DNA of 64,000 nucleotides from an uncultured bacterium (GCA_964010765.1 CAXGMD010000001.1:57823-121822); one strand, 5' to 3'; shown: positions 50,772 through 61,803, counted from the stretch's first letter. The notes: generated by a model from the letters alone, not told the origin. A program made the numbers and translations.

Positions 50772-52190
50772 ATGCTTGATATGACTACGCCCAAAGATGT
50801 CCTCGACTTTATCAAGAAAAATGACATTGAATTTGTTGACTTCAAGTTCATTGACTTGCTGGGAACCTGGCAACACTTGCAAGTCCCAATTGGGGTCATC
50901 AATGAAGCTATGCTGGAAGAAGGGGTGATGTTTGATGGTTCCAGTATTCGATGCTGGCAGACCATTGATGCCAGCGACATGAAGATGATTCCTGATCTCA
51001 GCACAATGAAGGTGGATCCATTCATTGAAGCTAATTCACTGACACTGATCTGCGATATCGTTGATCCTGTGACGGGAGAGCGCTACAGCCGAGACCCAAG
51101 AAATATTGCATGCAAGGCAGAAGCTTATCTAGTCTCAACAGGAATTGCAGATACAGCTTATTTTGGGCCAGAAGCTGAATTTTTCCTTTTTGACGATGTT
51201 CAGTATTCCTACAGCAGTGCAGGGGGATTTTATTCCATTGATTCAGCAGAGTGTCCATGGAATACGGGTGCCGATGAAATGCCTAATCTTGGGTATAAAA
51301 TTGGGCCGAAATTAGGGTATTTCCCAGTAGCTCCGTTCGACTCCAATCAGGATATTCGAAACGAGATGATTACGATGTTGGAACAGTGTGGTCTGATGGT
51401 TGAGCGAGCTCACCACGAGGTTGCACCAGCACAGCACGAGATCAATTTCCGTTTCGATACTCTTGTCAGTTGTGCGGACCATCTGCAGTGGTACAAGTAT
51501 GTCATTAGAAATGTAGCACGCCAGCACGGCAAGACCGCTACGTTCATGCCCAAGCCCATGTTTGCTGACAATGGGAGCGGAATGCATACTCACCAATCTC
51601 TATGGAAAGATGGCAAGCCTCTTTTTGCAGGAGATGAGTACGCTGGCTTAAGTGAAACTGCGCTCTACTACATTGGAGGAATTCTTAAGCATGCGCCTTC
51701 ACTGGCAGCTCTAACCAATCCTCTGACCAACTCCTACAAGCGTCTGGTAAAAGGATTTGAGGCTCCGATCAATCTTGCCTATTCAAATAGAAACCGATCC
51801 GCAACAATCCGAATTCCTTTGGCGGATTCGAAGGCAGCAAAACGAATCGAATTCCGCTGCCCAGATCCAGGAGCAAATGGTTACATGGCTTTTGCAGCAA
51901 TGCTGATGGCTGGCTTAGATGGGATTCAAAATAAAATTCATCCTGGTGATCCAATGGACGTCAATATTTATGATCTTCCACCCGAAGAACTTCATAAAAT
52001 TGGCAAGATGCCAGGGTCGTTGCGGGAGTCCATTGAAAATCTCGAGGCCAACCATGACTTCTTACTGAAGGGTGATGTCTTCACTAAAGATGTGATTGAT
52101 GCATGGGTGGACTACAAGCTCAATGAAGAGGTCACACCGATTGAATCTCGACCACACCCCTACGAATTCAATCTTTACTACGCTTACTAA
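50772..52190 (+). CDS. glnA: Glutamine synthetase type I (beta, adenylylatable)
   Basis: FDGSSI, HHEVA, TFMPKP..DNGSGMH, NSYKRL, RIEFR, NIYDLP adenylylation Tyr. Confidence 0.98.
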   Translation: MLDMTTPKDVLDFIKKNDIEFVDFKFIDLLGTWQHLQVPIGVINEAMLEEGVMFDGSSIRCWQTIDASDMKMIPDLSTMKVDPFIEANSLTLICDIVDPVTGERYSRDPRNIACKAEAYLVSTGIADTAYFGPEAEFFLFDDVQYSYSSAGGFYSIDSAECPWNTGADEMPNLGYKIGPKLGYFPVAPFDSNQDIRNEMITMLEQCGLMVERAHHEVAPAQHEINFRFDTLVSCADHLQWYKYVIRNVARQHGKTATFMPKPMFADNGSGMHTHQSLWKDGKPLFAGDEYAGLSETALYYIGGILKHAPSLAALTNPLTNSYKRLVKGFEAPINLAYSNRNRSATIRIPLADSKAAKRIEFRCPDPGANGYMAFAAMLMAGLDGIQNKIHPGDPMDVNIYDLPPEELHKIGKMPGSLRESIENLEANHDFLLKGDVFTKDVIDAWVDYKLNEEVTPIESRPHPYEFNLYYAY

Positions 52191-52204
52191 TCTTCCTGCT
52201 AGAA

Positions 52205-52231
52205 ACCAGTGGGCTAATATAGTTCACTGGT
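52205..52231 (+). terminator. Hairpin downstream of glnA
   Basis: ACCAGTGGGCTA-ata-TAGTTCACTGGT, 12 bp with two G-U pairs. Confidence 0.55.
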
Positions 52232-52281
52232 GCATTCCCTCGCCTCCAACGTCTCAAATCATATCTTTTAAAAGATTGTCG

Positions 52282-53448
52282 CTAATGTGGTGACAACTCT
52301 AGGTGAACATCAGCTTCCTGAATATCAGCTATTGATTCAACCAATTTCTCCGCCTCGATTGCAATCCGTCTGGCCTCTGAAATGATCAGATTTTCATCCA
52401 TTTCGACATGAATGTGCACGAGAAGCTTTCGATGAAGATAATGGCAGTAGATATGCGTAATTTTCTGGACTTGAGGAACCTGCTTTAGAACTGACACGAT
52501 GTCTTGCTCGATTTCATCCTGAGGCCTCATCAATTGAGTCTCTTCGTCAGGCATTCTTGATGGGGGATCAGGCTCAGGATCCACGTGCACAAGAACTTCG
52601 GTGACAGTTGGTAAAGCTTGAGTAATTCGTAGTCGTGCTCTTTCTGCAATTTGATGTGCAGAAGAAACTGTGAGATGCCCATCCACTTCTACATGAAGGT
52701 CCACCAGTAGATATGATCCCATCCGTCTTACCCTGACTTCGTGAAAATCTTGAACTCCCTCTACATTAGCCATTAATTGATGGACATGTGACTCTACTTC
52801 AGGGTCTGTAACCGCATCAGTCAGTTCCTCTACACTTTGCTTGCCCATATCCCAGGCAGTTTTCATGATCAGTGCTGACACAACCAATCCTGCAAGGGGA
52901 TCTAAAAAGGGATAGCCCAATTGAGCACCACCAATTCCAATCAAAGCGGCCACCGAAGAAAGTGCATCACTCCGATGATGCCAAGCATTGGCCTGAAGGA
53001 GACGGTTCTGCTCCTTTTTTCCAATCCACATGGTCAACCAGAACAGAAACTCCTTAAGAAAGATGGAAATTAATGCAACATAGATTGCGTTCCATCCAGG
53101 AGATTGTTCTTGGCCCAAGGATCCAACCGCATAAATTCCCAATTCCAATGCAGTAAATCCGAGGAGGACAGCAACAAAAAGCGTCCCAATGGTTTCAAAT
53201 CGACCATGCCCATAGGGATGATTATCATCTTTGGGTTTGCGACCGAGCATCAGTGCCCAAAGAGTCACTCCATCAGAAAGTAGATCAGAGAAAGAATGTC
53301 CTGCATCAGCAATCAATGCAGGTGAACCACTGGCCCAACCCACAACAGCTTTTAAAATCGTAAGCAAGACGTTGACAAGAGCACCCAGCCAGGTCACTGC
53401 TTTCATTTGCCAAGAAGTTGAGCTTTCCAATGAGTTTGCTGATTCCAT
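52282..53448 (-). CDS. Cation diffusion facilitator (FieF-like) with duplicated C-terminal domain
   Basis: ADAGHSFSD, HPYGHGRFE, NAWHHRSD, AHQIAE, HVDP, then second CTD-like unit ending DVHLE. Confidence 0.9.
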   Translation of the reverse strand: MESANSLESSTSWQMKAVTWLGALVNVLLTILKAVVGWASGSPALIADAGHSFSDLLSDGVTLWALMLGRKPKDDNHPYGHGRFETIGTLFVAVLLGFTALELGIYAVGSLGQEQSPGWNAIYVALISIFLKEFLFWLTMWIGKKEQNRLLQANAWHHRSDALSSVAALIGIGGAQLGYPFLDPLAGLVVSALIMKTAWDMGKQSVEELTDAVTDPEVESHVHQLMANVEGVQDFHEVRVRRMGSYLLVDLHVEVDGHLTVSSAHQIAERARLRITQALPTVTEVLVHVDPEPDPPSRMPDEETQLMRPQDEIEQDIVSVLKQVPQVQKITHIYCHYLHRKLLVHIHVEMDENLIISEARRIAIEAEKLVESIADIQEADVHLELSPH

Positions 53449-53766
53449 GATTCGGAATGAAAATAATTTTGATGTGGAATAGAATTCTGTAGTTAGCTAT
53501 TTGGAGAACGCTTTTAGTAGTCTAGGCTTACTTGGGATTTTGTAGGTGTTTTGAAAACTTTTGATTTTCAGTGAAGCAAATAAACATTTGCTCAATAAAT
53601 TCGAACTGAACACCAATCAATCACTTGATCTTCAGAAAATGCGAATTGCAATTTTGTTAAGTTTTTCTGAATTTTTGAAAAAAATTATAGCTTCCCCCGA
53701 TTTTGCAATGGATGATGGAAACGTACTCTGTTCAAAGTCTATAAGAAAAGATTTGAAAGGTCTCGC

Positions 53767-54858
53767 ATGATGCCAGGTGGCAAAATTTTGTTAATGTGCT
53801 GTAACGGTCTACTGGTAATGACAGGTGCTTACCAGGCGGGGGGATTAGCTGCCGGGGTCTTGGAGCAAAGAATCATTGAACAGGAAGCCGCCCCCTTTAT
53901 ATTGCCAGCAGTTGCTCCTGAAACAAATACAAAATCCCAGGTGAGTGCAGATTACACAGAATTTGCGGCAATTCTTGAACGCAATATCTTTAAAGCCGAA
54001 CGTCGGCCACCCCCCCCTCCTCCTCCCCCCCCGAAAGCTAAAGAAGTCGTGGTGAAGGAAAATTTGCCTGAAGAAGTTGGACCAATTGGGCCTGTGTTCA
54101 CCCAATTGAAATTGGTGTTAACGGGAACGATGATCTATGACCATAACGCATTTGCATTCATTGCTGCCGCAAATCAACCTGCCTCGTACAAGATATACCA
54201 AATTGGTGATTGCTTTGAACCTGACAGCGTTAAGGAATCAAAGGACATCCCTTGCCCTCCTAATAAAGTAAAAGTTTTTGAAATTCGGGACAGAGAAATC
54301 GTCATCATCTATCAAGGACGAGAAGAAATCCTGAGTATGGATCAACAGACCGAAGCAGTTGCAGCAGCAGTTGCAGCAGCACCAAAGGCGAAACCACCTC
54401 CTAAACCCCAACCCATACAAAAAGCTAGGCCCGTAAAAAACCAACAAAAAGCAGTACTGAAACCTATAGCTCCCAAAGATCAAGGGCCCTTGATTATTAA
54501 GCCGACCTCTGAAGCAAACAACGAAACGCCACCAGATGACCAGAGGATTTTCAGATTTGAAAGGGCTTACGTTGATGAGCAGCTTGCCAATTTCAGTCAG
54601 CTTCTAAATGACGCACGGGTCGTCCCGACTGAAAAAGATGGTACTCCACTTTTCATGTTTAAGTTCATCCGTAAAGGTAGCATCTACGAAAAACTGGGTT
54701 TGAAGAACGAGGATATCATTCTAGCGATCAATGGGTTTACTGTGGATAGCGTACCAAAGGCCTTGAAACTGTTTGAAACCCTTCAATCCGAGCGAGAAAT
54801 TACTCTGAAAATTGAGCGTGGTGGCCAAGCAACAGACTTCCAATACTACATCGATTGA
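53767..54858 (+). CDS. Type II secretion GspC-like protein with C-terminal PDZ domain
   Basis: N-terminal TM, I.ERNIF, L.LTGT+, I..GSIYEKLGLKN.DII.AING, L.IERGG. Confidence 0.75.
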   Translation: MMPGGKILLMCCNGLLVMTGAYQAGGLAAGVLEQRIIEQEAAPFILPAVAPETNTKSQVSADYTEFAAILERNIFKAERRPPPPPPPPPKAKEVVVKENLPEEVGPIGPVFTQLKLVLTGTMIYDHNAFAFIAAANQPASYKIYQIGDCFEPDSVKESKDIPCPPNKVKVFEIRDREIVIIYQGREEILSMDQQTEAVAAAVAAAPKAKPPPKPQPIQKARPVKNQQKAVLKPIAPKDQGPLIIKPTSEANNETPPDDQRIFRFERAYVDEQLANFSQLLNDARVVPTEKDGTPLFMFKFIRKGSIYEKLGLKNEDIILAINGFTVDSVPKALKLFETLQSEREITLKIERGGQATDFQYYID

Positions 54859-54931
54859 CCGTTTCTGCTTGAATTCTCAGGATTTTCTGTTGCAATGAAA
54901 CATTCTTTGTACCCTTCTTTAGAGGAGAAAA

Positions 54932-55438
54932 ATGGGACTCTTTGATATGTTCAAATCGGATGCGGGAACAGAAATGACTCCGCATTTCGCGTTCGTTACC
55001 GCGCTGATCTATATGATTGCGGCCGATGGAGAGATTCAGAATGAAGAAATTGGTCAGTTGTTGTCAGTATTAGGTGGTGAGAAAAGTTCAAGTGGAGTAA
55101 TTGGTGTTGGGGCTCAGAATGAGAAGCTTCTGCGAAATGCTCAGAAATACGTACAATCAAATTCTCCTGATAAATTTTTGGAGGAGGCTGCACCACTGCT
55201 GACAGATGCACAAAAGATGTGTATTCTGACAAATCTCTGTGATTCTCTGCTTTCAGACGGCAATGCAGATGCAACAGAACAGCAATTGTTCTACAAATTT
55301 ATGCAAGGATTTGAAATTGCTGAAGATCGCTTTCAACCTTACTTTGAGGTGATCGTTCTGAAGAACGACAGGACAGTCTTCACAAACGATAGTCATCCCA
55401 AGAATCAGCCAGGCTACGAAGTCAAACTACCCACCTGA
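54932..55438 (+). CDS. TerB-like domain protein
   Basis: MIAADGEI..EE and SDG.AD..EQ repeats; GAGGAG RBS. Confidence 0.8.
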   Translation: MGLFDMFKSDAGTEMTPHFAFVTALIYMIAADGEIQNEEIGQLLSVLGGEKSSSGVIGVGAQNEKLLRNAQKYVQSNSPDKFLEEAAPLLTDAQKMCILTNLCDSLLSDGNADATEQQLFYKFMQGFEIAEDRFQPYFEVIVLKNDRTVFTNDSHPKNQPGYEVKLPT

Positions 55439-55446
55439 TTATGGAG

Positions 55447-55473
55447 GCCTCATCAAATTAAAGATGAGGCTTT
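55447..55473 (+). terminator. Terminator-like hairpin after TerB-like gene
   Basis: GCCTCATC-aaattaaa-GATGAGGC-TTT. Confidence 0.55.
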
Positions 55474-55491
55474 GATCTGCCGAACCATTGC

Positions 55492-56337
55492 ATGCCTTAC
55501 AGCCACATCCCTAACGTTTTTACCCTTGGTCCATCAGGTACTTTCAGTGACCAAGCAGCAAGACAAGTTTGCTCGAATTTCGATGCTATTCACTACACCA
55601 AGAACTTTAATGAAGCGATTGTACGTGTAGCAGAAACTCCACATTCAGTAGCTGTCGTTCCAATCGAAAATTCTGTTGCAGGAACCGTCACACAGATCCA
55701 GGACGCCCTAGTGACTGAGGAACTTATTATCTTGGACGAGTTCCCGATGCGCATCCGCTATGCGCTACTGGCTAATGCTCCCCTCCAGCAAGTTACCCAA
55801 TTCTTTGCCCACGAACAGGCCTATGGCCAGACGCTGCAGTACACCGCAAGGCACCTCTGTAGTGCGGACCACATCTACACAAGAAGCAATACAGACTCAG
55901 CTACACAGTTCTTTTCAACTAGTGAACAACGGATTCCGCAGGCAGCGATTGTGCCCATTAATCTGGTTGAAGAACATCAGGAATTTGTAGTTGCCCAGGA
56001 CATTCAAGATTATCCAAACAACAGCACGCGCTTTGTTGTCGTTCGTAAGCAAGAGGATAAAGAGCAATTCGATTTCAGGAAGCGAAAAACTTCCCTCTTC
56101 ATAGAATTTGAGACTGACCGTGCGGGATTACTTTACGAGATGTTGAGTATTTTCAACGCTTATCGAATAAATCTTTGTCGTCTAGAGTCTCGTCCTTCCA
56201 AACGGATCCCGTGGTCTTATGTGTTTTTTGTTGACCTCTACAACAACCAGGAATCACAACGATGTTTGAGTGACTTGGAGCAAGCGGGATTCCGAGCTAA
56301 AATTTTGGGCTGCTACGATTCATTGCCACCAATGTGA
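55492..56337 (+). CDS. pheA: Prephenate dehydratase with ACT domain (no chorismate mutase)
   Basis: LGPSGTFS, VVPIENSVAG, NSTRF, INLCRLESRP, YVFFVD. Confidence 0.9.
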   Translation: MPYSHIPNVFTLGPSGTFSDQAARQVCSNFDAIHYTKNFNEAIVRVAETPHSVAVVPIENSVAGTVTQIQDALVTEELIILDEFPMRIRYALLANAPLQQVTQFFAHEQAYGQTLQYTARHLCSADHIYTRSNTDSATQFFSTSEQRIPQAAIVPINLVEEHQEFVVAQDIQDYPNNSTRFVVVRKQEDKEQFDFRKRKTSLFIEFETDRAGLLYEMLSIFNAYRINLCRLESRPSKRIPWSYVFFVDLYNNQESQRCLSDLEQAGFRAKILGCYDSLPPM

Positions 56338-56373
56338 TTCACAAATCACCATTACTCTAAAGCTGCTTAAAGG

Positions 56374-56413
56374 TCTCTCTTTTTGCAAATTTGATGGTGA
56401 TTTAAAAGAGAGA
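56374..56413. terminator. Inverted repeat between convergent pheA and lipoprotein gene
   Basis: TCTCTCTTTT ... AAAAGAGAGA, 10-bp stem with large loop. Confidence 0.35.
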
Positions 56414-56534
56414 ACCCCAATAATCGTTCGCTTTTGTCAGGTTTGAATCAGAACTTGGTTCAGTAGCTTGGGGCTTGTTGGAAGGAGAATTTTGATAAGA
56501 TATTGAAATGCGGGATCTGAACGCTGCTGGTGCT

Positions 56535-56924
56535 TCAGGAAGGATCATCCAGAATGATTAGGTTGTCGCGGTTCATTATTTGGTCACTGGGCTGCTGTGC
56601 AAAATCTTCCGGACAGAAATAGCTCGTACCCTCTATTTTTGTAACGATTGCATTAGACTCGGAAGAGTCTATCGATATGTGAGTTGCACCCATCCCAGCT
56701 GCGGTGTTCAGTAGTTGATTCATAGCTTCCCGATAGCCATTTCTAGAACTGGTAAGAACCGTTGAATTCAAAGCACCACGCGGAACACACAGAGGATATT
56801 TCTTAGGATCGTTCATAAAACCAATTTGTCTGCCTGGCTCTGTCAAGATCACTGCAGATTGAGTACAGCCAAACATCAGTCCACTCAAGAGAATTACAGA
56901 TAATTCCCGCATATAACTTCCCAT
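56535..56924 (-). CDS. Small lipoprotein (DUF4156-like)
   Basis: Lipobox MFGC; A.NQL.N.AA.MGATH pattern; TAATG overlap with upstream gene. Confidence 0.6.
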   Translation of the reverse strand: MGSYMRELSVILLSGLMFGCTQSAVILTEPGRQIGFMNDPKKYPLCVPRGALNSTVLTSSRNGYREAMNQLLNTAAGMGATHISIDSSESNAIVTKIEGTSYFCPEDFAQQPSDQIMNRDNLIILDDPS

Positions 56925-58843
56925 TATTGAAATACCTCGATCATTTTCCCCCCTGTTGATGAAGCAACTTTAGCTAACCAGTCCATCTGCCATCCAGTTC
57001 TATGAAGTTCCAACCACTCGTCAACAATGACCACCGGATGCCTCAAATCAGGCATATCCTTACATCGACAGCTAATTTGCATTTCGTAACTGCCAGGCAT
57101 CTTTGTCGCCAACTCCAATGCAGCCAGTTCTTCACGAACACTTAGAATCTGCTCCTCTATGACTTGGCCTGTTTCCAAGTCAACTAACCTGAGAACCACA
57201 TCAGGCGATGAGGTAGGTAGATGCAAATTGCCGGCAATTCGTTCGCTCACATGGTACGGTCGGGTTCTGCGAAAATCTGTGAAAACTCGCTGTTGCTCAA
57301 AGAATGGCTGGTAGAGAAGCGTCTGCCAGAACATCAAGTGCTGGAACCGAGTTGCCTGATCCTTCTCTCTTCTGAGAGTCCAACGCCAGGAATGAGGATC
57401 TGTCACCCAATCAACCCTCCCTAATCCAAATGAAGTCCTCCTGAGCACTTGGATCCCTGAACCGTCATTTGAATCATCCCAATTGAAAGTAGCTTGACGT
57501 TGAGAATGTTCAGGAGGCAATAGATCAATCTCCTCATAATTCCAATTTTGCTCGTGTCGCAGGGGCCATTCCCAACTCAGCGCCTTGTCTGAATTCATGA
57601 AGAGTTCAGCATATCCTCGCTCACCCTCCGTCTGATCGCCACCAACAACAACAATCCGCTTCCCCTGAGAGAGAAATTTTTGAAAACTACGCTGAAATCC
57701 TACGTTCCTGAGATATTTCTTGATGGTAAAATTATGGAAGATTACCACATCAAATTTGAACAACTCCACCATGAACAATTCCTCAACGGGAAACTGAATC
57801 AAGGCCAATTCGTTCTCAGGGATATTGTTGGCATCCTCAAAGGGATCGCGCAAAATGAAGAAAGAAATCAAATCAATCTCAGGGCTATCTCCTAAAAGAG
57901 ATCGGAGGTAACGAACATCCCAACCCGTTCTTCCAGCAATATGTAAGACCTTCAATCGGTTTGAGCGAACTGGGACAGAAAGATATGCCAGATTGTTTTG
58001 TAAATTGGTTTCACCATCTAGAGGTGCCAACCGAAGCTGTAAGAGCTGGTCTCCCATCTTATTGGGGGTCCAGTTGAGGCTGAGTTTTATTTCTTGCTGC
58101 GTCCCGTCCCACTCAATGATTTTCTTATCCAATAATGCTTTTCCGTCTGTCAGCACTACCTCGGATGATCCTGCTTGCAAACTCTTGGAGGCGTTAATGG
58201 TTATGGGTAAATCTAGGCCTTCATTGACAAAAGCGACCTGAATATTGGCCTCTGTCCTCAATTCTAAATCAACTGGTTGGGGTGTCTGCCAAAGGAGAGT
58301 ATTTAATTTAATTTCATAACTTGCCAAGTTCTCACCAAGTTCCTTGAGAGAAAGATCAGACTCATTTTCCTGTCCATCAGTTACCAAGAGTAATTCACTT
58401 CCCCTCGGAAGATTTGTTTGCCTCAAAAACAAATCTAGATTGTCTGACAAACCAGAAGTTGCTGACCAAATAACTGAAGAATCTTTGTTTTGAGGATCAA
58501 ACCAATTCAGGTACTTCAATTCTCTTTTTGGAAATTCTGCTTCGATTTTTTCTTGGATTGCAACAGGGATGAGTGATGCAGGACTTTTCATCGGCTCAGC
58601 AGTATGTTGTAGCAACTGACGGAAACTTTCACTCGTATCGACGAGTACCCAAAGAGGGGGACGATATTCCTCTTCAGAGTTGATCAGCACCTGGAGGCTC
58701 CAAATCAACAAAGCCAATAAAGCGAGTCGACTGGTAATTCCGTAGTACCTAAAAGCTTGCTTACGTTTTTGTAGGATCAGTCCAACGATGGATACTAAAA
58801 GAAAGGCAAGAATCCAGAGAAGCCAGAAAGAGTTGATTTCCAT
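56924..58843 (-). CDS. Membrane-anchored vWA + Ig-like + GATase1-like domain protein
   Basis: Two TM, MIDAS DTSES and TDG, E.NL.NN Ig end, KVLHIAGR..W..RYLR, LISFFILR. Confidence 0.7.
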   Translation of the reverse strand: MEINSFWLLWILAFLLVSIVGLILQKRKQAFRYYGITSRLALLALLIWSLQVLINSEEEYRPPLWVLVDTSESFRQLLQHTAEPMKSPASLIPVAIQEKIEAEFPKRELKYLNWFDPQNKDSSVIWSATSGLSDNLDLFLRQTNLPRGSELLLVTDGQENESDLSLKELGENLASYEIKLNTLLWQTPQPVDLELRTEANIQVAFVNEGLDLPITINASKSLQAGSSEVVLTDGKALLDKKIIEWDGTQQEIKLSLNWTPNKMGDQLLQLRLAPLDGETNLQNNLAYLSVPVRSNRLKVLHIAGRTGWDVRYLRSLLGDSPEIDLISFFILRDPFEDANNIPENELALIQFPVEELFMVELFKFDVVIFHNFTIKKYLRNVGFQRSFQKFLSQGKRIVVVGGDQTEGERGYAELFMNSDKALSWEWPLRHEQNWNYEEIDLLPPEHSQRQATFNWDDSNDGSGIQVLRRTSFGLGRVDWVTDPHSWRWTLRREKDQATRFQHLMFWQTLLYQPFFEQQRVFTDFRRTRPYHVSERIAGNLHLPTSSPDVVLRLVDLETGQVIEEQILSVREELAALELATKMPGSYEMQISCRCKDMPDLRHPVVIVDEWLELHRTGWQMDWLAKVASSTGGKMIEVFQ

Positions 58844-58899
58844 TAGGGAAGATTAGTGGAAGGGTCCAAATATTTGCGAGGTTTTGTTTGGGAGTCTGA

Positions 58900-59655
58900 T
58901 CACAACCTGACAGGTATTCCGGAGGTCCGCAAGAATTGTTTGACCTCGGACACAGTGTAGGTTCCATAATGAAAGACAGAAGCTGCTAGGACTGCGTCCG
59001 CTTTGCCCGCCTGAATTGCATCTCGAAAGTGTTCTAGTGTTCCTCCTCCTCCCGAAGCAATCACAGGGATAGAGAGCATGGTGCTGACTTTTGAGTTGAG
59101 TGGATTGTCAAAGCCATTTTTGTGGCCATCAGCATCCATGCTCGTCAATAGAATTTCACCTGCACCACGATCCGATGCTTCTTGGGCCCATTCCAGAGCA
59201 TTTCTCCCTGTGGAACGAGTTCCACCGTGACTGAATACCTCCCAGTGATCTCCTACTTTTTTCGCATCAATCGCAACGACAATGCACTGAGAGCCAAAAC
59301 GTTTCGCTCCTTCGGTGATTAAGTCTGGATTCTTCAATGCAGAAGAATTGACAGAAATCTTGTCTGCACCAGCAGTAACCAGATCAGCAATGTGATCCAG
59401 TGAAGATATTCCACCTCCAATCGTAAATGGGATGAACAACTCTCTGGCTAGTTTTGTCGCGAGCTCAATGGTTGTTCCACGATTTTCCAAGGAGGCCGCA
59501 ATGTCTAAGAACACCAACTCATCAGCAGATTGTTCATTGTAGCGTTGGGCCAATTCAATTGGGTCTCCAGCATCGCGCAAGCCCACAAAACTAGTCCCCT
59601 TGACAACACGGCCAGCCTTGATGTCAAGACAAGGAATGATGCGCTTTGCTAGCAT
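58900..59655 (-). CDS. hisF: Imidazole glycerol phosphate synthase cyclase subunit
   Basis: [37 protein letters not shown]. Confidence 0.98.
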   Translation of the reverse strand: MLAKRIIPCLDIKAGRVVKGTSFVGLRDAGDPIELAQRYNEQSADELVFLDIAASLENRGTTIELATKLARELFIPFTIGGGISSLDHIADLVTAGADKISVNSSALKNPDLITEGAKRFGSQCIVVAIDAKKVGDHWEVFSHGGTRSTGRNALEWAQEASDRGAGEILLTSMDADGHKNGFDNPLNSKVSTMLSIPVIASGGGGTLEHFRDAIQAGKADAVLAASVFHYGTYTVSEVKQFLRTSGIPVRL

Positions 59656-59673
59656 GAAGTTACTCCTTTGAAA

Positions 59674-61803
59674 TCAATTAGAAGCTTCCGAGTAAGCCTG
59701 CAACATTGCAATTTGAGAGTTATAGGGTTCTTCGTCTCCCTCCTCAGGTCGAATTCTCTCATAGGTTCCATCTGAGAGTAATTCAAAGGATAATTGGTTG
59801 TCTTTGAGTTGTGATTGCAGGACTTTTTCCATCAGAATTTGTCGAAGCTGAGCTTCCAAAATAGGGGTTAGCACCTCAACTCGACGGTCAAGATTCCGTT
59901 CCATGATGTCTGCACTTCCAATGTACATTTCTTCTGAACCATCATTTTGGAAATAAAACAGTCTCGAGTGCTCAAGGAAACGTCCAATAATTGAACGAAC
60001 TCGAATGTTTTCACTAATATTTGGAAGTCCTGGTCTAAGGCAGCAGATACCACGAATGATCAGATCAATTTTTACACCTGCTTGAGATGCTCGATAAAGT
60101 GCTTGGATCACCGAGGGATGGGTAACTGCGTTTGCTTTGATAATAATCCGGCCTTCTTTACCAGATCGAGCAACCTCTGCCTCCCGGTCAATCATTTCCT
60201 CTAGCTTCCTTCTCAAGGAGCGTGGTGCCACTAAAAGGTTATCGTAATCCTGTTTGCCAGAATAGCCCGTTAGATAATTAAAAACGTCTGTTACATCTCG
60301 ACCAATCTGCTCACTGGCGGTGAAGATGCCAAGATCAGTGTAAATTTTTGAAGAGCCTGGATTATAGTTTCCAGTCCCTATGTGCATATATCTTCTGATT
60401 CCATCTCCTTCTTTTCGAATCACCATGCACAACTTGCAGTGGGTCTTGAGTTTCAACATGCCGTAAACTACATGCGCTCCTACCGATTCGAGACGTCTCG
60501 CCCAGACAATGTTATTTTTCTCATCAAAACGTGCTTTGAGTTCTACTAGTACAGCTACTTGTTTTCCGTCCTCCGCAGCTTCGATGAGCTTTTGAACAAT
60601 CTGGGAATCTGATCCCACGCGATAAAGAGTCATCTTGATCCCAATAACTTGAGGGTCTTTTACTGCTGCAGAAATAAACTCCTCAACGGAATCGAATGAC
60701 TCAAAAGGGTGATGTATCAAGAAATCCTGTAGTCGAATCCTATCAAAAATGGTTTCTCTTTGTTCTCTTGTGAATAAGACAGAGGGCTTGAAGGGGGCAT
60801 CCTTCAATTGAGGTAAAGGCAACTTCAGCAGGGTAAACCATTCTCCAAAGTTCATCCTAGTATGGGTCCTAGTGACAATGCCTCTTCCCCTTTCAATCTC
60901 AAAATTTTCCATCAATACTTGAAGGAGTTCTTCAGGCATTTGATCTTCCACCTGAAGTAAGGAAACGTTGCCATAACGTAGTTGTTTCAGGCTCCGGTCA
61001 ACGTTCTCAAGTAGATCACCAGCTTCGTCTTCTTGGATAACAAGGTCAGTATCCCGGATGACTCGAAAGACATAGATATCCAGCACATTATTGTCAGGAA
61101 ACAACTCATTCAAATTGTCTTTAATGACATCTTCGAGGTAAACAAATCCGTATCGACTTCCTGCCAATTCTTCAGGAACTGGAATGAATCTTGGCAAAAT
61201 GTCTGGAATTTTTATCCGAGCGAAGTTCTTTTCATACGGACCGTATTTAACTACTACCGCTAAATTCAAACTCATGCTGGAAATGAATGGGAAGGGATGT
61301 CCTGGATCAAAAGCAAGGGGTGTCAGAACAGGGTGGACTCCTTGCTGATAGTAGTTTGAAAGATATTCTCTCAATTCGGGAGTGTACTGATCAGGTTCGA
61401 TGAAGCGTACCGAATGTTTCTCCAATTGGGGTCGGAGTTGTTCCGACCAACATTGCTGTTGGTCTTGTTTCATCTGCTGTACTCTGGATCGAATCGCCCC
61501 AAGCTGCTCTTCTACACTCATTCCATCTGGAGCAATGTTATCACTTCCGGAGCGCATCTGTTTGAGAAGCGCCGCAACACGAACCATGAAAAACTCATCC
61601 ATGTTTGTTTGAACGATCGCCAGAAATTTGACGCGCTCTAGGAGTGGATGATTCTCATCTTTTGCTTGTTCCAATACTCTCTGGTTGAACTCTAACCAAC
61701 TCAGCTCTCTATTGAAGTACAGCCGGCTATCGTTCAGATCTTCGGATGAAAGAATTTCATCCTCATTCAACAAGTTCGCGGAGTCTTTTTTATTTTTGGA
61801 CAT
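59674..61803 (-). CDS. ppk1: Polyphosphate kinase 1
   Basis: NRELSWLEFN.RVL, HPFPF, HHPFESF, ELKARFDE, KTHCK, RFLEHSR, RNLDRRVE. Confidence 0.98.
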   Translation of the reverse strand: MSKNKKDSANLLNEDEILSSEDLNDSRLYFNRELSWLEFNQRVLEQAKDENHPLLERVKFLAIVQTNMDEFFMVRVAALLKQMRSGSDNIAPDGMSVEEQLGAIRSRVQQMKQDQQQCWSEQLRPQLEKHSVRFIEPDQYTPELREYLSNYYQQGVHPVLTPLAFDPGHPFPFISSMSLNLAVVVKYGPYEKNFARIKIPDILPRFIPVPEELAGSRYGFVYLEDVIKDNLNELFPDNNVLDIYVFRVIRDTDLVIQEDEAGDLLENVDRSLKQLRYGNVSLLQVEDQMPEELLQVLMENFEIERGRGIVTRTHTRMNFGEWFTLLKLPLPQLKDAPFKPSVLFTREQRETIFDRIRLQDFLIHHPFESFDSVEEFISAAVKDPQVIGIKMTLYRVGSDSQIVQKLIEAAEDGKQVAVLVELKARFDEKNNIVWARRLESVGAHVVYGMLKLKTHCKLCMVIRKEGDGIRRYMHIGTGNYNPGSSKIYTDLGIFTASEQIGRDVTDVFNYLTGYSGKQDYDNLLVAPRSLRRKLEEMIDREAEVARSGKEGRIIIKANAVTHPSVIQALYRASQAGVKIDLIIRGICCLRPGLPNISENIRVRSIIGRFLEHSRLFYFQNDGSEEMYIGSADIMERNLDRRVEVLTPILEAQLRQILMEKVLQSQLKDNQLSFELLSDGTYERIRPEEGDEEPYNSQIAMLQAYSEASN

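Noticed and set aside
53561..53770. 69-aa ORF before gspC-like gene
   Set aside because: TTG start, AT-rich, no motif; probably promoter region.
54007..54033. C-rich tract as phase-variable contingency locus
   Set aside because: Encodes an in-frame poly-Pro linker with mixed codons; the frame is intact.
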